From NCBI RefSeq assembly GCF_006345805.1, contig NW_021831904.1, positions 1 to 35,189 on the forward strand: a stretch of DNA of 35,189 nucleotides, in the 5' to 3' direction. The translations under genes were made by a program, and so were the position numbers. The notes under the pieces were generated by a model. That model was not told where the DNA came from, did not search any database, and saw only the letters and a program-made list of their open reading frames with translations. The stretch's first letter is position 1; every line of letters begins with the position of its first letter. This document shows, in pieces, positions 26,590 to 35,189 of this stretch. This DNA comes from Octopus sinensis (taxonomy: Eukaryota).

Positions 26590-28078
26590 TTCAGAAAAAG
26601 AAGTGAATTTCGAATACAAATCCTGTAATTTGTGAAATTATGTATTAGAATTATATGGAACTTTATTGTAAGAGAGGAGACACAATACCGAAAAGATAGT
26701 TTATTTTCGAATCACAGTTCGAAGATACATACACAGATGTTCTGGGATGCATATCAGTGATGTTTCTGGGGCTTTAAGAGGTTTCGTGTCTTTTAACATT
26801 AAACTTCCAAGCCCAGCTGACCCAGCCGGAGTCGATCAAATCCTAACTTACATTCCGGTTGTTACTAATTGTCGGTCGATGACCGAAAAAAGTGAAAGAT
26901 AAAAATGCTCTCTTGGAATCAAACCTTGTAATTTATTCACACCTTTTCAACATTTAGAAAGTAAGGAATGTTATATAAGAGCATCCTGGTTTTGTCTCGC
27001 CCAGATTAATTCTGCCTTTCATCCTTTCGGTGGGGAGGGTGATAGATTATCAGTCAAGAAAAGGATATTGGTAGAAATATCAGAGTGCCAGGGAGATATA
27101 CCTTGCGCTATTTATTCTGGCTGTTTGCATCCTGATGTCAAATTCCGGCCAGGGAACCTAATTACTGTTAAATAAATTGAATCCGTATCTCGAATTTGAG
27201 CTCAAAACGCAAAAAGTCAGGTCAACTACTGGACGTTCAAGCCACTCTGAGGTAAATCGCTCACATAACATTTAGTATATTCGTTACATCAATTCTATTT
27301 TCTTAGGTATTATTCCATCAGAAAATGTATGCTTCCGAAAATATTCAAAACAAAATACATGTACGACATTCATTTTAACACTACAGGATGAAGGCGTATG
27401 GAATATTTTACACAGCCGTTTTGGCATCGTCTATCTGGCATCGTTGATTAGACACTGACTTATTTGACCTTTTAATGTTTCCCTAGTTTTAATGTATATT
27501 TCGTTCCCTCTCATCCCTCTCTTTCATCGTTTACGCGTGTCAACATCTGGTTATGCTTGCATGTATGCGTAATGTCTCTCTTCCTCCCACTCACTTTTTT
27601 TTTGTATGTGTATATTTCTGTGCGCTTGTATGTCTTTGCCTCCAGTGCCAAAACGCACTGTCACCAAAATCTTCGGTGTTGACACAACAGCAACCAGTCG
27701 TCTCTTTCCAAGGCCGAAGTATACACACAAAAAGAGCTGTCTGGTTCCATTTGACCACCCTAACAAACGGTGCACTTTTTGCTCACTCGACTTTCCTCGA
27801 ACTTACAACTAAATCTTCTTCAAATAATATAAGGGCACAATATATGATATCGTCCTACCGAAGGCGAATTGTCAGAGTTAATGGAGTGTCCGGTCGAATT
27901 CCGTGCAGTATTTCTTCCGTCAAGTATCCTTCAGGCTTTGACCAATCAAGTTTTAGAGTACATTCTCATTCTACTTTCCTCTCTGTTTCATTCTGTCTCT
28001 CTCCATCTCTGTATTTCTACCTGTCTCTATCTTTCTCTTTTTCATTCCGTGTATGTTTATGTGTGTCTGTCTCCCCAC

Positions 28079-28079
<1 letters not shown>

Positions 28080-28130
<51 letters not shown>

Positions 28131-28141
28131 ATATATATATA

Positions 28142-28194
<53 letters not shown>

Positions 28195-28815
28195 TGTATG
28201 TATGTATGTATGTATGTATGTATGTGTGTGTGTGTGTGTATCACTGAATCAGTTACGTTGTGTTGTGAGAAGTCGCAGACAGCCATTCAGCGCATCCTCC
28301 TCTAAAAATGAAAGGTGGTGAATTAGGGTCTAGAAAAGGGATATGCTACTGGCTAGCACCTTGCTAAATTAGAAGGCATATAATACATACATGCATACAT
28401 ACATGCACAGTCACACACATACATGCATACGCACATACACATACATACACACACACGCACACACACACACATGTATGTGAGTGTGTGTGTGCGTGCATGT
28501 GAGTGTATTGTGTGCGTGTGTGTGTGTGCGTGTGCGTGTGTGCGTGTGTGTAAAAGCAAACACAAATGGCGCTTAAAATTTACTTTTATACCTACAAAAC
28601 GCCAAGGGCCAATCGCAAAGTCGGATCTACCGCTTTAATAGATCATACCTACAATTTCCTAACAACAATTGATCTATTCAATGCTGCTTAACCGACTGTG
28701 AGATCTACGTTATCGTACCTAGTTATTGCGGCATCTCCTATCTGTTAGTGTGCCTTGATTTTATTGAATCTTCAAAATCATGCGTGTGTGTGTGTATGTG
28801 TGTGTGTGTGTGTAT

Positions 28816-28878
<63 letters not shown>

Positions 28879-28895
28879 GTGTGTGTGTGTGTGTC
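28080..28895. repeat. (CT)n, (TA)n, (TATG)n, (CA)n and (TG)n arrays
   Basis: Arrays at about 28080-28240, 28385-28550 and 28780-28895. Confidence 0.9.
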
Positions 28896-29380
28896 GGGAT
28901 GTCTTCTACTCAACTCGACTCTCTACTCTGCTACTACTCTCTACGTCAAGACTTCTCCCTCTATATCTACATATTGAGCTAGTCTACTTCATCGTCTGGG
29001 GGCGTCCACACAACAGCGTGTGTGTCTGTTTATTAAAACATTATTGCAATGTCTATTCACTGGTTACTTAGGGTCCATTATGAAGCTTCACACTGCAAAC
29101 ATTATATTATCTCCATCTGCCAGTCAGGTGAGACCGCAACAAACACGGTGTTAGAGCATTTAAACAGGAAATCTTGCAAAATCTTTTCCGATTCTGTGAA
29201 GAGTCTCGCATAGCACACCGACACTCGTTTTAGGAGTGCTCTCGCTAAATGTTACGTGTTTTGATTTCATGTCTTGTCGATGGCAGTGTTGCTTTCATTC
29301 GTCGGAGAGCAACGAAATGAAGAACCAGTCGAATATTATCCCACTCTCTCCACACCAAATTTCTAGCCTTGTATCTATGA

Positions 29381-29745
29381 TTACCTCTGTTTAGTGAAGG
29401 CGGAGGTATTGTTTTCAATTGTGTTTGTTTGTTTGCTTGTCTGTCCGTGGACAAAATATCACAAGAACCGCTGAATGGATTCGGATGAAACTTTCTGGGA
29501 TGTTTGGCCTCGTGACTGGCACTAATTGATTAGGTCTTGGGATCGATCCGGTACCGGATTATTTTTCCATTTTTTTTTTTTTTTACTTAAATTTTGAGAG
29601 CGGTCGGGTTCATTTTTAGTATTCTCATTTATGAGAGCAGTCGAGTTTATTTCAGATATTCTCATTTTAAAAATCATCTCTGGCTAACCGTTGAGAGGAC
29701 GTTAGTGTTGCCTTGGCGGAGGTTTGCGCTCTCTGAGCGCTCTTC
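29381..29745 (+). mobile_element. Non-autonomous Helentron (HINE / DINE-1-like)
   Basis: 5' imperfect palindrome ACCTCTGTTT-AGTG-AAGGCGGAGGT, a (GTTT)n microsatellite, 3' subTIR CCTTGGCGGAGGT (29711-29723) and 3' stem-loop GCGCTC-TCT-GAGCGC (29726-29740), flanked by T residues. Confidence 0.85.
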
Positions 29746-30105
29746 TTTATTTTACTTTTACTTGCTTGTTTCAGTCATTGCACTGCGGCCATACTGGGGC
29801 ACCGCCTTGAAGTATTTTTAGTCGAATGAACCGACCCTAGGACCTATTTTTAAAGCCTGATACTTATTCTGTTGGTATTTTTGCCGAACCGCTAAGATGC
29901 GGGAATGTAAACACACCAACACTACTTGCTAAGCAGTAGCAGATGACACACACACACACACACACACACGCACGATAGGCTTCTTTCAGTTTCTGTCGGC
30001 CAAATCTACTCACAAAGCTTTGGTCGGCCAGAAGCTACAACAGAAGACAATTGTCCAAATTGCCAAATTTTGTTGGGAAAGAAGCTTCTTACAACACAGC
30101 TACAT
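29746..30105 (-). mobile_element. Diverged SINE family B copy abutting the HINE
   Basis: TTGTTTCAGTCATT...GCGGCCATACTGGGGCACCGCC...GCCGAACCGCTAAG...AAATCTACTCACAAAGCTTTGGTCGGCC. Confidence 0.85.
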
Positions 30106-30130
30106 TTAGAAGTTACTTAGTTGTCCTTCA

Positions 30131-30340
30131 TGTTTGAACCCTATGACTGACCTGGTCAAACATATCTATGGTAAAAGGCGTTCCATCCTTGGCCATTCTA
30201 CTTTTATTTTTTCTTTCTTGGTCAGGTATGTCGAAATCAACATTGTTTAACGTATTGCCCTGGTATTTAAGATAGTAAGATGAGTTTTGTGAGAGATTTA
30301 GTTGCTATTTCTTGCAGAATAAAAGACCACATGTAAGCTC
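30131..30340 (-). mobile_element. Repeat family D copy
   Basis: Its reverse complement aligns with 20830-21010. Confidence 0.6.
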
Positions 30341-30440
30341 TTTGTTTGGCTCAGTAGTAGCTATAGTCGTATTTAACCACAGGCCAGCCTTGATTAAGAA
30401 GATCATAGATCAATGGTCTTGCAGCTGTTCCCATTCCAAA

Positions 30441-30608
30441 TCCTTTTACATGTCTCAGTCATTACACCACGGCCATGCTGGGGCTCACCTTGAATGTTTT
30501 AGTCGAACAAATCAACCCCTGTACTTACTTTCTGGAAGTCTGTTATTCTATCAGTTTCTTTTGTTGAACTACTAGGTTAAAACGACCTAAACAACCCAAT
30601 CACACACG

Positions 30609-30658
<50 letters not shown>

Positions 30659-30770
30659 GGCTTTCCACATAATTTTCGTTTACCAAATACAGTAGAAGAC
30701 ACTTGCTCAAGGTTTCCTTGGGGTGGAATTGAACTCGAAAACATGGTTGCAAAGCAAACTTCTTATAACC
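30441..30770 (-). mobile_element. Diverged SINE family B copy
   Basis: Tail, internal (CA)n, AGTAGAAGACACTTGCTCAAGG and a degenerate head are recognisable. Confidence 0.75.
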
Positions 30771-30812
30771 TCATATATTTCTTTTTCTGTTTTTCGAAGA
30801 ACTTTTTTTTTA

Positions 30813-31570
30813 CAGACAACATTATATCCTTTTCTACTACAGGCACAAGGCCCGAAATTTTGGTGGAGGGGGCCAGTCGATTAGATCGACCCCAGTCCGC
30901 AACTGGTACTTAATTTATCGACTCCGAAAGGATGAAAGGCAAAGTCGACCTCGGCGGAATTTGAACGTAACGACAGACGGTATTTCGCCCATCTCTAAGT
31001 TCTGAGTTCAAATCCCGCCGAGATCGACTTTGTCTTTCATCCCTTCGGGGTCAATGAATTAAGTGCCAGTGAAACACTGGGGTCGATGTATCGACTAGTC
31101 CCCTTCCTGCAAAATTTAGGCCTTGTGCCTATTATAGAAAGGATTATAAGGCGACGAGCTGGCAGAAACTTTAGCACGCCGGGTGGTATTTCGTCTGTCT
31201 TTACGTTCTGAGTTCAAATTCCGCCGAGGTCGACTTTGCCTTTCATGCCTTCGGAGTCGATGAATTAAGTACCAGTGAAACACTGGGGTCGATACACCGA
31301 CTAGTCTCCTTCCTGCAAAATTCAGGCCTTGTGCCTAATATAGAAAGGATTATAAGGCGAGGAGCTGGCAGAAACTTTAGCACGCCGGGCGGTATTTCAT
31401 CTGTCTTGTCGTTATGAGTTCAAATTCTACCGAGGTCGACTTTGCCTTTCATCCTTACGGGGTCGATGAATTAAGTACCAGTTGTGTACTGAAATCGATC
31501 TAATCGACTGGCCCCTCCCCCAACATTTCGGGCCTTGTGCCTGTAGTAGAAAAGAATATAATGTTATCTG
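30813..31570. mobile_element. SINE-A composite: inverted arm plus three tandem units, with extended inverted termini and TA flanks
   Basis: Minus copy 30826-30978; plus units 30979-31147, 31148-31353 and 31354-31559 (206-bp period). Termini TA|CAGACAACATTATATCCTTTTCTACTACAGG and CCTGTAGTAGAAAAGAATATAATGTTATCTG|TA. Confidence 0.8.
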
Positions 31571-31611
31571 TAAAAAAAATTTCGAGCCTTGTACCTAGAG
31601 TAGAAAAAAAT

Positions 31612-31757
31612 ACTTAACTGGTTCTTATTTCATCGACTCTGGAAGAATAAAAGGCACAGTCGATCCCGGCGGAATTTCAATATAGAACGTAAAGACGGAC
31701 GAAGTACCGCTAACCATTTTGTCCGGCGTGCTAACGACCCAGTGAGCACGCCGCTTT
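31612..31757 (-). mobile_element. Diverged 5' part of a SINE family A copy
   Basis: ...AAAGGCACAGTCGATCCCGGCGGAATTT...CCGGCGTGCTAACG...CACGCCGC is the reverse complement of the head and core. Confidence 0.75.
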
Positions 31758-31954
31758 ATTGTCTTAGCATAAATAAACACAACAGCTTCGAACACGGCAG
31801 GATCGCTCGTTAACTCACGAGGCTGGCTGACTGACTGGCTTGTCAGCTTCCTTGGCTTCCTGGCTGGTGTTGTAAATTTTTATCGACTCTTCACTGGTCC
31901 AGGCGTGCTGCTATTTGCAAGACACGCCTTCTTTATTTTGGTACTGAGACGATA

Positions 31955-31990
<36 letters not shown>

Positions 31991-32206
31991 TGTATGTATG
32001 TATGTATGTATGTATGTATATATGAATGTATGTATGTATTAATATATATAAAAACTTGGAGAAGAGCAATAGAGAAATAACGCGTGCGTTCGGTCATATA
32101 GTAATATAATAAATAAATAAAATATATGCATATATACATACATATATGTACATACTTACATCTACAATGTATATATACATGCATACTATATTATATTATA
32201 TATATG

Positions 32207-32375
32207 AGTACAGGAACACGCAAATAAACGTAGAACACAACGAGAGACGAGAACATAAAATCAAACAAGGAAACGGACTTTTTTTAACAACGAAAAACAG
32301 AGTACAGACAAACAATACAAGGAAAATTCCTCTTCATCAGCTGTCCCTGGTTCACTCAAAGTGTGTTTCGAACCT
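32207..32375. repeat. Dispersed repeat family E, copy 1
   Basis: GAGTACAGGAACACGCAAATAAACGTAGAACAC...AACAACGAAAAACAGAGTACAGACAAACAATACAAGGAA recurs at 34071-34190. Confidence 0.85.
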
Positions 32376-32376
32376 A

Positions 32377-32410
<34 letters not shown>

Positions 32411-32449
32411 CTATCTATCTATCTTCTATCTATATATTAATACATATAT

Positions 32450-32677
32450 ACTCTTTACTCTCTTTACTCTTTTACTTGTTTCAGTCATTGACTGCGGCCA
32501 TGCGGAGCACCGCCTTTAGTCGAGCAAATCGACCCCGGACTTATTCTTTGTAAGCCCAGTACTTATTATATCGGTCTCTTTTGCCGAACCGCTAAGTGAC
32601 GGGGACGGTAAACACACCAGCATCGGTTGTCAAGCAATGCTAGGGGACAACAGACACACAAACCACACACACCACAA

Positions 32678-32713
<36 letters not shown>

Positions 32714-32842
32714 TATACATATATACGACTGCTTCTTTCATTTTCCGTCTACCAAATCCACTCACAAGGCATTGGTCGGCCCCGGGCTATAGCAGAAGAC
32801 ACTTGCCAAAGATGCCACGCAGTGGGACTGAACCCGGAACCA
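32450..32842 (-). mobile_element. SINE family B, 5'-truncated
   Basis: Tail and centre are intact; the copy stops at GAACCCGGAACC, before the A box. Confidence 0.9.
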
Positions 32843-33219
32843 TATATATATATATATATATACATACGTTTTTCTTCTTTATATTACTCTCGCGCTCCGT
32901 TAGCATTTATTCTTGATTTCTATTTATTTCTTTTATGTTTTTATTTTTCATGATTTCGTGTATATATTCCGTGTTTTTGTTGTTACTGTTGTTGTTATTA
33001 ATATATCAGACGAGGAACGGTCTGGGGCGCCTTGCTATTCTATTGTTTTCACCATTTCTTAAGGCCTTGCCCTATATTGCTGGCGTCACAGATACAAGCA
33101 GCCAATCAAATATTAGATAACAAAATAACTCACTCAATCGTCACATCCCACCCACATCGTCAAACACTCACTTTTTAAAAAAATCTGGCTGACTGGCATT
33201 AACTAATAAACGTCAGCGT

Positions 33220-33857
33220 TATACATACATTCATACATACATTCATACATACATACATACATACATGCATGCATACATACATACATACATGCATACATAT
33301 ATATATACATACATACATACATACATGCATGCATACATACATACACACATACATGCATGCATACATACATACATACATACATGCATGCATACATACATAC
33401 ATACATACATAAATCCATTCATACATGTATACATACATACATACATACATTCATACATACATGCATACATACATACATACATACATATACACATACATTC
33501 ATTCATACATATCTACATACATCATACATACGCATGCATGCATACATACATACATACATACATGCATGCATACAACTACATACATACATCTGCATACATA
33601 CATACCTACATACATACATACATACAAACATCATACATACATGCATACATTCATTCTACATATATAATACATGCATACATACATCATTAATACAAACATA
33701 CATGCATACATGCATACATACATACATACATACTACATACGTACATACATACATGCATACATACATACAGATATGCATGCATACATTAATTCACACATAG
33801 ATACATACATACATACATACATACATACATACATACATACGTACATACATACATACA

Positions 33858-33891
<34 letters not shown>

Positions 33892-33990
33892 CATACGTAC
33901 ATACAAACATCTGTATATGTGTGCGTATATACATATATATATATGTATAAAAGTATATATATATATATAATAACAATTTAACAAATATAA
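33220..33990. repeat. About 770-bp degenerate (TACA)n/(TGCA)n tetranucleotide tract
   Basis: Explains the HTYI and MYVC pseudo-ORFs. Confidence 0.95.
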
Positions 33991-34070
33991 AACATATGTA
34001 TGCATACATTAATTATGTACATACCTACCTCTATATGTATATATACAGGCATACATATATATATATATAT

Positions 34071-34190
34071 GAGTACAGGACACCACAAATAAACGTAGAA
34101 CACACGAGAAACGAAACAAAAACAAACAAGGAGGACGGGACTTTTTTAACAACGAAAAAAACAGAGTACAAGACAAACAATACAAGGAAC
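34071..34190. repeat. Dispersed repeat family E, copy 2 (shorter)
   Basis: Same orientation as 32207-32325; breaks at ACAAGGAA into (CA)n. Confidence 0.85.
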
Positions 34191-34370
34191 ACAAACACAC
34201 ACACGCACACACACATATATATATATATTATGTGTGTGGGTGTGTGGTATATGTCTGTTTATACATGTATGTATGTTCTCTTTCTCACACACAACACATA
34301 AAATGCACGTGTTTGTGCGTACGTATGTTACTCATATATACAACATAGTTATATACATATTTATATATAT

Positions 34371-34405
<35 letters not shown>

Positions 34406-34504
34406 AAGCTTTTATATAGACACATACGTGTATACGTATAATAAATTTACGTGCCATTTATTCGTGTATTGTACGTGTGTGTGTATATGTGTGTGTAATA
34501 TAAC

Positions 34505-34562
<58 letters not shown>

Positions 34563-34595
34563 ATATATTATCTATATATATATATATATATATTA

Positions 34596-34634
<39 letters not shown>

Positions 34635-34758
34635 TGTGTGTGTGTGTAAGCTTTTGTATAGACCATTACGTGTGTATTGGTAATAATGTAGTGTCATTCA
34701 TTCATGCATACATGCATCATACACGCGCATTCACATCCTCACATCCAATCTCACGTAG

Positions 34759-34910
34759 ATAAGTGGGTCTTCACCGTTTGCAGCGATGAGTACTCTGAGA
34801 TTCCACAGTCACATGTATCCTTAACTGAATCTTCAGTGGGTGTCATCGTAACTCTGTGTAATAATAAATGGACCTTAGATTTTACGGGCGAGATCCAGCC
34901 GACGTATATC
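34759..34910 (+). CDS. Candidate internal coding exon of an unidentified host gene
   Basis: Acceptor CTCACGTAG|34759 (alternative TTTGCAG|34784) and donor ATC|GTAAGA at 34911. Only one frame is open: (D)KWVFTVCSDEYSEIPQSHVSLTESSVGVIVTLCNNKWTLDFTGEIQPTYI. The composition is complex and non-repetitive, and the block sits between microsatellites. The protein family was not recognised. Confidence 0.5.
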
Positions 34911-35189
34911 GTAAGAGTGAAAGAGGGTGTGTATAGGAAACAAATATTTGTGCGTCCTAGGTGATTGCATCTTTTTTATTTTGTTTTGTATCTGTTTTTA
35001 TTTGTGAATGTGAAGAGGAAGACATAATGAATGTGTGTGTGTGTGTTGTCTGTGTGTGTATGTGTACGCGCGCCCGTGCGTGTGCGTGACTACGTGGGAG
35101 TGTAAGTATTTATGTGTATAATTCTGCGTGCATGTGTGCGTATGTATACGTTTGTATACTTACATATACTTATGATATAGAAGTTAATG

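Noticed and set aside
26810-27230. Faint SINE-A-like fragments (also about 29290-29380)
   Set aside because: Too diverged to fix boundaries or orientation reliably by eye, so not listed as features.
30979-31559. Regularly spaced repeats suggesting a CRISPR array
   Set aside because: The units are whole 206-bp SINE copies without unique spacers; the context is eukaryotic, with no cas genes.

Overview
Eukaryotic, AT-rich, microsatellite-saturated DNA. The SINE families and repeat density resemble coleoid cephalopod (octopus-like) genomes; this is an inference from recall, not a search. There is no complete gene, rRNA, true tRNA or CRISPR array, and almost all listed ORFs are microsatellite read-throughs. 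The non-satellite sequence is a layered transposon graveyard. It holds a Tc1/mariner transposase 5' remnant plus a separate Tc1-type right end, a decayed RLE-type LINE C-terminus, and a Penelope-like RT fossil split by a non-autonomous Helitron. It also holds an RTE-clade LINE with a twin-priming-type 5' inversion, a hAT MITE interrupted by a SINE, a HINE/DINE-1-like Helentron, and many copies of three tRNA-derived SINE families plus a fourth dispersed repeat. The most unusual structure is a 758-bp TA-flanked foldback (30813-31570) whose inverted arms are SINE bodies extended by shared CAG-starting termini, enclosing a tandem SINE array. One plausible host coding exon (34759 or 34784 to 34910, + strand) suggests the window may be intronic.
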